Below are positions 47,711 to 57,438 of a stretch of DNA of 64,000 nucleotides, piece by piece (position 1 is the stretch's first letter; the number at the start of each line of letters is the position of its first letter). The notes under the pieces are model-generated. The model had not been told where the DNA came from and did not search any database. It saw nothing but the letters and a program-made list of their open reading frames with translations. A program made the translations under genes and the position numbers. Origin of the DNA: a virus (taxonomy: Duplodnaviria; Caudoviricetes); IMG/VR virus record IMGVR_UViG_3300023119_000004, one strand, 5' to 3'.

Positions 47711-49198
47711 ATGGCATATACTATTGATAGATACAACGGCACTACACTAACAGTAGTCCAAGACGGAACTGTAGACCAGACTACGGACATTAAACTTGTC
47801 GGTAAAAACTACGCTGGATACGGTGAAATTCAAAACGAGAATTTTTTACATTTATTAGAAAACTTTAGCGGAGCAAACCAACCTCCCAAAGCCATTTCAG
47901 GACAGGTTTGGTATGATTCTTCTTCAAGTAAATTAAAATTTTACGATGGTTCTAAGTTTAGAACAACAGGTGGTGCAGAAGTTAGTGCTACAGCCCCAGC
48001 AGGTTTAGCGACTGGAGACCTTTGGTGGGATTCAGCAAACGAGCAATTATATGCTTACAGCGGAACAGGTTATGTGCTAATTGGTCCACAAGGTGCAGGT
48101 ACTACAGTTACACAGATGGTATCAGCATCAGTTAGAGATACAACAAACACAAACAGAGTGATTATTAAAGCCGTTGTCAACGATGAAGTAATTTACATCA
48201 TTAGTGGAGCAACATTTACTATTGACTCAACAGATCCGCAAAACGCAATTACAGGATTTGACGTAGTTAAAAAAGGCTTAACATTAAGAAACACACAAAA
48301 CGCAACAGGCGGTGTTACAAGTACTACTGATTACTATTGGGGTACAGCAAGTAACTCATTAAAACTTGGCGGTTATACCGCATCAGACTTTGCACTAGCA
48401 GGATCAGGATCATTTACATCACTTGTTAGTTTTGCAGATGCAGGTATTTCAATTGGTGATTCAAACGATCTTAAGATTTTTATTGAAAATGACAACGAAG
48501 GTGTTATTAAAAATGACGTAGGACGTAAAATTCACGTTAGAGTTGATAATGCACAGGGTGTTGAGCAATCAGTATTTACAGTTGAAGATACAGGTGTAAT
48601 GCCAGGTGCAAATAACACATACGATTTTGGTACAAACGTTGCTAGATTTGCAACGATGTATGCAACAACATTTGACGGTGAAGCAACTTCCGCACAAACA
48701 ATGAAAGTTGGTGCTAACTATCGTTATCCAGATACTGCGTCAACATTTAATACTGTTGCTGTTAGAGATGGTGCAGGTAACTTACTTGCAAACGAATTTA
48801 CAGGTGTTGCTTCAAGTGCAAAATACGCTGACTTAGCAGAGAAATATACTACAGGAACAGATCTTCCGGTAGGTACTATTGTTGCTGTATGTGATGGAAT
48901 TGAAGATGTTGAAGGTGCTGAAGTAGAACCAGCAGAAGCAGGATCAATTCCAGTAGGAGTTGTTTCAGATGCACCAGCATACTTAATGAACAGCGAAGCA
49001 GAAGGTCAAGCAATTGGTCTTAAAGGTCGTGTTCCAGTAAGAGTAAAAGGGTTAATTAACAAAGGCGAAGCAGTTTACGTTGATATGGATGGTGTAGGTC
49101 ATTCGGTCAAAGGTGAATATATAGTGGGCGTTGCTTTAGAAACTTTCGAACCAGAAGGTGACGAAGAAGGCCTAGTAGAATGTATATTGAAGGTATAA
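47711..49198 (+). CDS. tail fibre, paralogue 3, with C-terminal intramolecular chaperone (peptidase G2-like) domain
   Basis: Same N-terminal module. C-terminal ADLAEKY..GTIV..GVVS..AYLMN..GRVPVRVKG. Confidence 0.7.
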   Translation: MAYTIDRYNGTTLTVVQDGTVDQTTDIKLVGKNYAGYGEIQNENFLHLLENFSGANQPPKAISGQVWYDSSSSKLKFYDGSKFRTTGGAEVSATAPAGLATGDLWWDSANEQLYAYSGTGYVLIGPQGAGTTVTQMVSASVRDTTNTNRVIIKAVVNDEVIYIISGATFTIDSTDPQNAITGFDVVKKGLTLRNTQNATGGVTSTTDYYWGTASNSLKLGGYTASDFALAGSGSFTSLVSFADAGISIGDSNDLKIFIENDNEGVIKNDVGRKIHVRVDNAQGVEQSVFTVEDTGVMPGANNTYDFGTNVARFATMYATTFDGEATSAQTMKVGANYRYPDTASTFNTVAVRDGAGNLLANEFTGVASSAKYADLAEKYTTGTDLPVGTIVAVCDGIEDVEGAEVEPAEAGSIPVGVVSDAPAYLMNSEAEGQAIGLKGRVPVRVKGLINKGEAVYVDMDGVGHSVKGEYIVGVALETFEPEGDEEGLVECILKV

Positions 49199-49204
49199 AG
49201 TAAA

Positions 49205-49597
49205 ATGGCAATCACAAGAAACATAAACCCAAATAGACCGCAAAGAGGCAAAAGGTCTGTAAAACTAACAGGAGAAGCGTCTCCGCAAGAAATACCTCTA
49301 ACTGCTGGCACGGTGACATTGATTGCCAACGGCTCAGGAACAACCTTTACACTGGCTAATGGTCAAGAAGGACAGATGATGACCTTTGTGGCAAGTTCAG
49401 ATGGTGCTGGCAACATAAACGATATTAGAGTAAACTGTAGAGCAAGATACGCATTTGACAGCGGCGGCACAAGAATCACAGGGTCAAGTAGCACAGCAGA
49501 ATGGGCACCATTCACGGCTTCACAAGAACATTCAATGGCCTGGGCAGTATTCACAGATGGCGAATGGTGTTGGAGTCAAGGTACTAACGAGGAATAA
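49205..49597 (+). CDS. 130-aa hypothetical (fibre tip-like) protein
   Basis: Beta-rich TFTLANGQEGQMMTF...WAVFTDGEW, located in the fibre cluster. Confidence 0.55.
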   Translation: MAITRNINPNRPQRGKRSVKLTGEASPQEIPLTAGTVTLIANGSGTTFTLANGQEGQMMTFVASSDGAGNINDIRVNCRARYAFDSGGTRITGSSSTAEWAPFTASQEHSMAWAVFTDGEWCWSQGTNEE

Positions 49598-49607
49598 GGA
49601 ATAGACA

Positions 49608-50498
49608 ATGGCAGTCGGTGATATTATTACAGCCGCAAGGTATAACAACTTGCAATCTCGTGTAGCAACAGTAATGGGAGTAGGCTCCGGTGATGACGGA
49701 TATGGTCAAAACCTAGCAAGTTCTCAGGTAGCAACTAACGCTATTGTGTTAGCAACAGATATGCAAACACTTTATACTGACTTAGCAAACGCCAGAATTC
49801 ACCAAACAGGTACACAGCCTACAGAAATTGCTTTTATTAATCAATCAGACATTATTCTTGATAGTGATACTATTAACAAAAAAGGTGTTGTACAGTTTGA
49901 AAACTTAACTACTTCAGCAGAAAATGACAAATTTGTTATTGCTGGTTCACAAGCAAGTGCAGAACCAGGAGTACAAGCACAGTACACACAAAACTGGAAT
50001 GGTACTTTATCTCATATTTTTGATGTAGTATTTGCAGATGCAGATCATCGTAGACAGTATTTCAATGCAGGTGGCGAAATTAGACTTGCGTCTAATATTA
50101 CATATACAGGAACTAGTGCTAAAACTATTGACTGGATGACAATGTTGGTAAACATTGGTACAGTTAAATTTAACTACACGTCAACACTTCCAACAGGAAC
50201 TGGTACTGGTAGTGCAATTGGTTTCCATGATCTTACAACAGGTCCACAACAAGTGTTTATTAAAAACGGTAGCGGAAACTATGCCGCAAACAACTATAAA
50301 ATCGAAGCACAACTAAATGGTACTACTAGTGTTAGATTTACAGTAACGTTTAACGATGATAACACAGGTAACCCAAATACAGACGAAAACGTTTTGGGTA
50401 CACTTAACAGCACAATTACTCAATTAAGAGCAACTGGTAATGCTGTTGAAGTCCAATCACCTACATATACTAACGAACCAAGTTCAAATCTAACTTAA
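49608..50498 (+). CDS. virion structural protein
   Basis: Thr/Gly/Asn-rich (GDIITAARYN; RRQYFNAGGEIR). Last gene of the fibre cluster. Confidence 0.55.
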   Translation: MAVGDIITAARYNNLQSRVATVMGVGSGDDGYGQNLASSQVATNAIVLATDMQTLYTDLANARIHQTGTQPTEIAFINQSDIILDSDTINKKGVVQFENLTTSAENDKFVIAGSQASAEPGVQAQYTQNWNGTLSHIFDVVFADADHRRQYFNAGGEIRLASNITYTGTSAKTIDWMTMLVNIGTVKFNYTSTLPTGTGTGSAIGFHDLTTGPQQVFIKNGSGNYAANNYKIEAQLNGTTSVRFTVTFNDDNTGNPNTDENVLGTLNSTITQLRATGNAVEVQSPTYTNEPSSNLT

Positions 50499-50501
50499 TC
50501 C

Positions 50502-50530
50502 TTGCATTTTAGATCTAAATAGTGTATAAT
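50502..50530 (+). promoter_or_regulatory. composite promoter: sigma70 TTGCAT-N17-TATAAT with an embedded late TAAATA
   Basis: -35 at 50502-50507, -10 at 50525-50530, TAAATA at 50516-50521. AAGGAG SD follows. Confidence 0.7.
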
Positions 50531-50547
50531 ACACTAAAGGAGATCTT

Positions 50548-50898
50548 ATGGACGAACGATTAGAAAAAGCATTAGACTTTGCCAATTATATGACTACCCT
50601 AAATAACCAAAAAAGAGTAGCAAAAGAAAAGTTCTATGAAACAAACGTCTATTATTTTAATGGTGGACAATTTAGTGTAACAAAAGAACTACTAAACTTT
50701 TGTAATATGTTGGTACAGTCGGGTCAAGAAAACGTTGTGTTAATTGACGATAATGATATTCCTGTACGTATTGAAAAAATTGATGACTTTTATAGCGAAG
50801 CATTAGACATTTATTTTACAGCAACTAACGAATATCACACAGAATACGAAAAAATTAGAACTAACAGGAAAGTATCTGGACTTGTAGAGTATGAGTAA
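50548..50898 (+). CDS. 116-aa hypothetical protein
   Basis: Strong SD. First gene of the modification cluster, overlapping the next gene. Confidence 0.7.
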   Translation: MDERLEKALDFANYMTTLNNQKRVAKEKFYETNVYYFNGGQFSVTKELLNFCNMLVQSGQENVVLIDDNDIPVRIEKIDDFYSEALDIYFTATNEYHTEYEKIRTNRKVSGLVEYE

Positions 50899-51736
50899 AG
50901 GAGCATTAATTTTTGCTAGAAACAATGCTCAAATAGATTACATCAAACAAGCACACTTTTTAGCAAAACGTATTAAAATATATTTAGGTATACCTACAAG
51001 TATTGTTACAGACAGTATTGAATACTTGCATTCGGCGTATCCTGATTACCAAGAAGTGTGGGATAAAGTAATTGAAGTGCCTTTTCAACAAGGTATTAGT
51101 AACAAAAGATATTATGACGGAAGTAATGTCTTTAAAAACTTAGAATTTAAAAACGACCTAAGAACACAAGCATACGATCTAACACCATATGACGAAACAT
51201 TAATGTTGGATAGCGATTATATTATTGCTAACGATTTATTTAAAGAGTGTTTTACATCAGACCACAATTTTCAAATATACAAAGATGCAAAAGATTTGTC
51301 AGGTTTTAGAGAAGTAGCAGAATTTAAAAATATTAGCGAAACAAGTGTTGACTTTTATTGGGCAACAGTAGTTTATTTTAAAAAGTGCAAAGAAGTAGAA
51401 ACATATTTTAACTTAACAAAGCATATTCAAGAAAATTGGCAACACTATAACAGTATATTTCAAATTAATAAAGGAACATTTCGCAACGATTGGGTGTTTA
51501 GTATTGCTATTCATATTATGAATGGTTATCAACATGGAGACTTTGCAACACCTCTGCCAGGAACAAAGTATTTTACTACTGATAGAGATATTCTATGGGA
51601 ACTTGATAAAGAAAACTTTTTGTTCTTAATCGAAAAGAAAGACCATTTAGGAGAATATACGCCTTTAAGGATTAAAGGTAGTAATGTACACGTTATGAAC
51701 AAGTTTAGTTTAACAAGGATTATTGATAATGAGTAA
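50891..51736 (+). CDS. GT-A fold glycosyltransferase-like protein
   Basis: TPYDETLMLDSDY (DxD), FRNDWVFSIA and VHVMNK. Confidence 0.65.
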   Translation: MSKGALIFARNNAQIDYIKQAHFLAKRIKIYLGIPTSIVTDSIEYLHSAYPDYQEVWDKVIEVPFQQGISNKRYYDGSNVFKNLEFKNDLRTQAYDLTPYDETLMLDSDYIIANDLFKECFTSDHNFQIYKDAKDLSGFREVAEFKNISETSVDFYWATVVYFKKCKEVETYFNLTKHIQENWQHYNSIFQINKGTFRNDWVFSIAIHIMNGYQHGDFATPLPGTKYFTTDRDILWELDKENFLFLIEKKDHLGEYTPLRIKGSNVHVMNKFSLTRIIDNE

Positions 51737-52565
51737 AGGATTTGTATTCATTGCACAAAACAGTGAAGACGATTATGTAAAACAGGCTTGTTTGTTAGCA
51801 ATGAGTTTACACGCTACACAAAAAGATCCTAAAATTTGCCTAATTACCAATGACGAAGTTCCTGAAAAATATGTATCACTGTTTGATTGTATAAAAGAAA
51901 TCCCCTGGGAAGATAGTGCAATAGAAGCAGAGTGGAAAGTACAGAATAGATGGAAAATTTATCATGCTAGTCCGTATGATGAAACTATTGTAATGGACAC
52001 AGACATGGTTGTATTGCAAGATTTAGAAAGTTGGTGGAACTTTTTAAGTAATTATGACCTATATTTTGTAAGCAAGGTGTTTACTTATAGAGGAGATGAA
52101 GTAGTAGATAACTATTATCGTAAAACTTTTATTGCTAACGAACTGCCAAACTTATATGCAGGGTTTCATTACTTTAAAAAGAGTGATTTTGCAAAAGAAT
52201 TTTATACTTGGTTAGAACTAGTTATGAATAACTGGGAACTATTTTATGGAAAATATGCTAAAGAACTATATCAGAAATCACTATCAGTAGATTTAAGTGC
52301 GGCTATTGTTGCAAAGATACTAGACTGTGAAGAAAAAATTACTAATAAGAAAGCAACCATACCAAGTTTTACACACATGAAGCCTAGAATACAAGGTTGG
52401 TACAATCCAAGTGCTACTTGGCAAAGTAGAGTTGGTAGTTATCTAACAGATGACCTTAAATTAAAAATAGGAAATCATGCTCAAACAGGCATTTTTCATT
52501 ATACTGAAAAAACGTTTGCATCAAAAGATAAGATTTCAAAGTATGAAGGAGTGTTAAAACTATGA
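51723..52565 (+). CDS. GT-A fold glycosyltransferase-like protein (paralogue)
   Basis: SPYDETIVMDTDM (DxD), PSFTHMKP and FHY. The N-terminus resembles the upstream gene. Confidence 0.65.
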   Translation: MIMSKGFVFIAQNSEDDYVKQACLLAMSLHATQKDPKICLITNDEVPEKYVSLFDCIKEIPWEDSAIEAEWKVQNRWKIYHASPYDETIVMDTDMVVLQDLESWWNFLSNYDLYFVSKVFTYRGDEVVDNYYRKTFIANELPNLYAGFHYFKKSDFAKEFYTWLELVMNNWELFYGKYAKELYQKSLSVDLSAAIVAKILDCEEKITNKKATIPSFTHMKPRIQGWYNPSATWQSRVGSYLTDDLKLKIGNHAQTGIFHYTEKTFASKDKISKYEGVLKL

Positions 52566-53155
52566 TTACAATGAGACCTCCTGTTGTTATTGATAAAAGA
52601 TATGCTATCTTTAATCCTACAAATGGTGACTTGATTAGTGTTACTAATTCACAACCAAAAGAAGGAAGTTATATTCCAGTAGAAGAAAAAGAGGTATCTA
52701 GTATTGTTAATGGTACAGAACCAATGTCATATTATTATGTACATTATAACAAAACTAAAAAAGAATACCAGTTAAGAACTAGGAACAACTTTGATATTGA
52801 TAGTTACTATGTTGATGATCTTATATATGAAGTAAAAGAAGAACAAATTAAAGACGCAGATATACGTATTACTAAAAATGTAAAAGATACGTGTTGGAAA
52901 TTTAGTATTGGCGGAGATTTAAAAGCAAACATACTTGCTCAAAAAGTAAGTTTTAAACAAATTATGTTTTTTTCAATTACAAAGAAAAACGATCCAAACA
53001 TTTTGTACAAAACAATCTCTTTTAACTTTGAAGATTTAGTTGACGGTAAGTACATTGTATTGCCATTTGATAGTAAATTTGAATTTGATAACGAACCAAT
53101 TGGCATTTATACAATTAAAAGATTTGACAAGTATATGTACGAGGTAATTAAATGA
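52562..53155 (+). CDS. 197-aa hypothetical protein
   Basis: ATGA overlaps at both ends. Confidence 0.65.
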   Translation: MITMRPPVVIDKRYAIFNPTNGDLISVTNSQPKEGSYIPVEEKEVSSIVNGTEPMSYYYVHYNKTKKEYQLRTRNNFDIDSYYVDDLIYEVKEEQIKDADIRITKNVKDTCWKFSIGGDLKANILAQKVSFKQIMFFSITKKNDPNILYKTISFNFEDLVDGKYIVLPFDSKFEFDNEPIGIYTIKRFDKYMYEVIK

Positions 53156-54039
53156 AGATTAACATTGCAGAGCAAGATATTATATTCTTAAGTTACGATG
53201 AACCTAACTGCGAAAAGAATTATGTTGATTTATGCAAAAAAATTCCTTGGGCAAAACGTGTTCACGGAGTACACGGTTCAGATGCCGCACATAAAGCCTG
53301 TGCAGATTTGTCAGAAACAAAACACTTTGTAACAGTTGACGGAGATACTATTGTAGATCCGGAATTTTTAAATGTAGTTTTAGATTTAGACGTAATGGGC
53401 GTTGATGATGATTATCAATTTAGTTGGTGTGGACACATCGATGTTAACGGATTAAAATACGGCAACGGCAGTTTAAAAATGTGGACTAAAGAATTCGTTA
53501 AAAATATGAAAACACATGAAAACACCGACGGCAATGATGATACAAATATTGAATTTTGTTATTTTGACAACTATTACCAATTAAACGAAAACTATAGCAC
53601 TAGTATTATTAGTTCAACACCGCATCAAGCATGGAGAGCAGGATTCCGTGAAGGTGTTAAGATGAGTTTAAACAGAGGTGCAAGAGTTTCTGATCTTAGC
53701 AAAGACATTTGGTGGCAAAATTACCAAAGATTGTTAATTTGGATGAACGTTGGTGCAGATGTTACTAACGGAATTTGGTCAGTGTACGGTGCAAGGCAAG
53801 GATGTCATCTAGCATATTGTACAGATTGGGACATTTCACAAACTAGAGACTTTAAAATCTTAAATGAGATGTGGGAAAAAGAAAAAGATAAGGATGCTTG
53901 GGCATTAGATGAATCAATGGAAGAACTAGGAGCAAAATTAGGAGAAGCAGGACTGCCGATTAGTCCAAAACCTTTCGATGCTGGACAAAGTAAAATGTTT
54001 AAAGCAGTTTATGAAAACACTCCTAGAGTTATTAGATGA
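53152..54039 (+). CDS. GT2-like glycosyltransferase
   Basis: FLSYDEPN..KRVHGVHG..AHKACA..FVTVDGD, and AWRAGFREGVKM. Confidence 0.55.
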   Translation: MKINIAEQDIIFLSYDEPNCEKNYVDLCKKIPWAKRVHGVHGSDAAHKACADLSETKHFVTVDGDTIVDPEFLNVVLDLDVMGVDDDYQFSWCGHIDVNGLKYGNGSLKMWTKEFVKNMKTHENTDGNDDTNIEFCYFDNYYQLNENYSTSIISSTPHQAWRAGFREGVKMSLNRGARVSDLSKDIWWQNYQRLLIWMNVGADVTNGIWSVYGARQGCHLAYCTDWDISQTRDFKILNEMWEKEKDKDAWALDESMEELGAKLGEAGLPISPKPFDAGQSKMFKAVYENTPRVIR

Positions 54040-55403
54040 GCGAACTAGATAAAATTAAAGAAATAATGCCGATAGTAGAAGAGGAAACATCTCCTACTTT
54101 TTGTTTAGCAAAGTGGCATCATACTACTATCTATTTACAAACAGGTGAAACACATAGTTGTTATCATCCTGCTCCGCACCCTATACCATTAGAAGAATTA
54201 AAAGATAATCCAAGTGCATTGCATAACACTAAAGAGAAAAAAGAACAACGTAAGCAGATGTTATGTGGACAAAAGCCAGAAGGTTGTAACTATTGCTGGA
54301 AGATCGAAGCAATGGGCAAAGACTTTGTTAGTGATAGACATATCAAAACTACGAGTATCTATAGACCCGAAAGAATTACGGAAATAAAACAAAAAGGGGC
54401 GGATTTTAACATAAATCCGGAGTATATTGAGATTAACTTTAGTAATGAGTGTAATTTTAAATGCGGTTATTGCCATCCTAAGTTTAGCAGTAGATACTAT
54501 AATGAGATTAAAGAACACGGACCATATAAAATGTCAACAGCACATAGGCAAGACATTGACTGGTTTGAGTTATATGACAATGAAGAATCAAACCCCTATG
54601 TGAAAGCATGGTGGGATTGGTGGCCGGAAGTCTCCAAGACTCTTAATATTTTGAGAATTACGGGAGGTGAGCCTTTAATGCACAAGAGTACTTGGAGACT
54701 TTTCGACGAGTTGGAAGCAGATCCTAAGCCACATATTCAAATCGAAGTAAACAGCAATATGGGTGTTAAAACTAAACTAGTAGAAAAACTTGTAGAACGT
54801 ATTAACACACTAAAAGAAAAGAATTGTATTAAAAGTTTTAAACTTTATACAAGTATAGATACTTGGGGCGAACGTGCAGAATATACACGTACTGGTTTAG
54901 ATATTGAACTATGGGAAAAGAACTTAGATTACTATCTAACTAATACAAACTTTCCTGTAACATTTATGATTACATTTAATTTATTTGCTGTTACAAGTTT
55001 TAGTTTGCTATTATCAAAGATTTTAGAATGGCGTGTAAAATATAATAATGAAAATGCAACACAATGGCAACGTATTAGATTTGATACTCCACATTTAAAA
55101 GAACCTACAATCTTTGACATGAATATTTTACCTAAAGAAAAGTTTATGCCATATATGCAAGACCATTTAGATTTAATAGAGCGTTTTAAAGATGATAATG
55201 ACAACACAAAGTTTAGTAGTTTAGAATATGAAAAGTTTAGACGTGTTGTAGACTATATGGCAACTACTAATTATGAACCTGAAAAACTAGAACAAGCACG
55301 TAGAGATTTCTCACGTTGGTTTACAGAATACGATCGTAGACGCGGAACTAATCTTGTTAGTGTATTTCCAGAATTAGAGCAATTTTATAATGAGTACAAG
55401 TAA
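54036..55403 (+). CDS. radical SAM protein with N-terminal twitch (Fe-S) domain
   Basis: N-terminal CLAKW..SCYH..CNYC, then CNFKCGYC (CxxxCxxC) and ITGGEP. Confidence 0.85.
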   Translation: MSELDKIKEIMPIVEEETSPTFCLAKWHHTTIYLQTGETHSCYHPAPHPIPLEELKDNPSALHNTKEKKEQRKQMLCGQKPEGCNYCWKIEAMGKDFVSDRHIKTTSIYRPERITEIKQKGADFNINPEYIEINFSNECNFKCGYCHPKFSSRYYNEIKEHGPYKMSTAHRQDIDWFELYDNEESNPYVKAWWDWWPEVSKTLNILRITGGEPLMHKSTWRLFDELEADPKPHIQIEVNSNMGVKTKLVEKLVERINTLKEKNCIKSFKLYTSIDTWGERAEYTRTGLDIELWEKNLDYYLTNTNFPVTFMITFNLFAVTSFSLLLSKILEWRVKYNNENATQWQRIRFDTPHLKEPTIFDMNILPKEKFMPYMQDHLDLIERFKDDNDNTKFSSLEYEKFRRVVDYMATTNYEPEKLEQARRDFSRWFTEYDRRRGTNLVSVFPELEQFYNEYK

Positions 55404-56568
55404 AGATACATTTTGTATATTACCCTGGAGCCATATGTATGTCAATCCAGATGGCAATGTGTTACCTTGTTGTATTGGTAAGTGGGACAAACCTTTAGGA
55501 AATACTAAACATAATACTATTAAAGAAATTTGGAATAGCGAAGCATACAAAAAGTTACGTCTTGCATTACTAAATGGTGAACAACCAAACGAATGTTCGC
55601 AATGCTGGGCACATGAAGCAAGTGATGTTTGGAGTTTTAGAAAAGAAAATAATAAAAAGTTTTCTAAGCATTTAGGTGTGCGTGAACTAACTAATCAAGA
55701 CGGCAGTTTAGACGTAATGAAATTACTTTACTTTGATGTACGCTGGAGTAATATTTGTAATTTTAAATGTAGAACGTGTAGTGCAACATACAGTTCAAGT
55801 TGGGCAATAGAAGATAATGCGAACGGAAAGAACGTTCCTGTATATACATTTGCAGGAGGAGATTCTAATGACAGTTTGTTTGAACAGTTTAAGCCATATT
55901 TAAAAGATATTGAAGATTTTTATTTTGCAGGTGGCGAACCGTTAGTAACAGATAAGCATTACGAAATTTTAGATTATTTAATTGCTGAAAATAAAACAGA
56001 TGCAATATTACAATACAATACTAATTTAAGTAACCTAACTTATAAAGGTAAACTTGTAACAGATTACTGGAAACAATTTAAAAAAGTACAAGTAAGAGCA
56101 AGTTTAGATCATTATGGTTCTAAAGCAGAATACATTAGAGAAGGAACTGACTGGAATAAGATTATTGAGAATCTTAATTTTATTAAAAAAGAATGTCCTC
56201 ACGTAATTATGAGTTTTAATGCAGTAGTAAGTGCATTTAATATTGTTACACTTGTAGACTTTTTAGAATATATGACAGATAATGGATTTGACGTAAACAG
56301 TTGTACTTTATATAATCTTGTTGATCCTGTACATTATAGTGTTTCAGCAGTACCAACAGAAAAACTACAACACGCAAAACAACGTTTAGAAGAATATTAC
56401 AATAAAATAACTAATAGAGAACACAAAGAAACTATTAATAGTGTGTTAAAGTATATTAGCAATGTAGAATATAATCCAGACCATAATGCTATATGGGCAA
56501 ACAAAAATTCTTACTACGATCAAATACGTAAAAGAAGTTTTGCTGAAACTTTTCCTGAATTATTATAA
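55390..56568 (+). CDS. radical SAM protein with N-terminal twitch/SPASM domain
   Basis: CILPW..GNVLPCC..CSQC, then CNFKCRTC and FAGGEP. Confidence 0.85.
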   Translation: MSTSKDTFCILPWSHMYVNPDGNVLPCCIGKWDKPLGNTKHNTIKEIWNSEAYKKLRLALLNGEQPNECSQCWAHEASDVWSFRKENNKKFSKHLGVRELTNQDGSLDVMKLLYFDVRWSNICNFKCRTCSATYSSSWAIEDNANGKNVPVYTFAGGDSNDSLFEQFKPYLKDIEDFYFAGGEPLVTDKHYEILDYLIAENKTDAILQYNTNLSNLTYKGKLVTDYWKQFKKVQVRASLDHYGSKAEYIREGTDWNKIIENLNFIKKECPHVIMSFNAVVSAFNIVTLVDFLEYMTDNGFDVNSCTLYNLVDPVHYSVSAVPTEKLQHAKQRLEEYYNKITNREHKETINSVLKYISNVEYNPDHNAIWANKNSYYDQIRKRSFAETFPELL

Positions 56569-57438
56569 ATGCAAGATTGGTTCTAATTGATCTGATTGAC
56601 GCAATCTAAGTTCATAGTTACAACTATCAACAAATCTTTGTCCTGAACTGTAAATATGAAACTTTGGAACACCTTTACTTGCACCGTTCATCATTGTAAC
56701 CCACTTTTTAAAACTTTCGGCTACTGCGGCATCGGTTTCGTCACGCCAGTTATGTTTAAAAACTGCTTTGAGATAATTGTAATATTCAACTATATGAGGA
56801 TGACCGTCTTGAAAATCTTTGTTTACAGTTTTTCTATCTTGTTTAAATTTCTTTTGAATATCGTTGTTCCAAAGAACTTCGTAAAAACTAGGCTGTATAG
56901 TTTCAAGAACTGGTCTGTAGATGTCTGCTAGTTTTTTAATTTTATCATGATGTTGTGTGCGTCTGTTTAAGTTCCATTGATCGGTGTAGTCAACAATTTT
57001 CATCATTTGCAAGAAATGAAATTGTGTTTTATGTTTTAGATGTTCGTTTGCCGCATAGATGAATGCAAAATCTCTAACGTAAGCACCATACTCACTAAAC
57101 CAAGTTTGCACCCACTTTTCGTCATACTCGCCTTGTGTGTAAATGTTACCCGGCACAAGCCAACCGTCACGTTGAGGAAGATATCTATCCTCTCTACAAA
57201 CATTAGTCCATTGTACAATAACTAGGTCTTCGTGTGTAAAATTATATACAGCATCTGCCTGCATTAGCGAATTAAAAATATAATGATTACCTGCACCCGA
57301 ACGACCAAAGTTTCTAAACTCAGCCTCAGGAAATTCTGCTCCGATAACATTTGCCCAAGTACCCCAAATATATGAAGTAAAACTACAACCAAATGTAAAG
57401 ATTCTTTTTGGTTTATTATGAATTAATTGTTTTGCCAT
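56563..57438 (-). CDS. SGNH/GDSL-like esterase or acyltransferase
   Basis: FTFGCSFT, FGRSGAGN and C-terminal DGHP. Confidence 0.55.
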   Translation of the reverse strand: MAKQLIHNKPKRIFTFGCSFTSYIWGTWANVIGAEFPEAEFRNFGRSGAGNHYIFNSLMQADAVYNFTHEDLVIVQWTNVCREDRYLPQRDGWLVPGNIYTQGEYDEKWVQTWFSEYGAYVRDFAFIYAANEHLKHKTQFHFLQMMKIVDYTDQWNLNRRTQHHDKIKKLADIYRPVLETIQPSFYEVLWNNDIQKKFKQDRKTVNKDFQDGHPHIVEYYNYLKAVFKHNWRDETDAAVAESFKKWVTMMNGASKGVPKFHIYSSGQRFVDSCNYELRLRQSDQLEPILHL

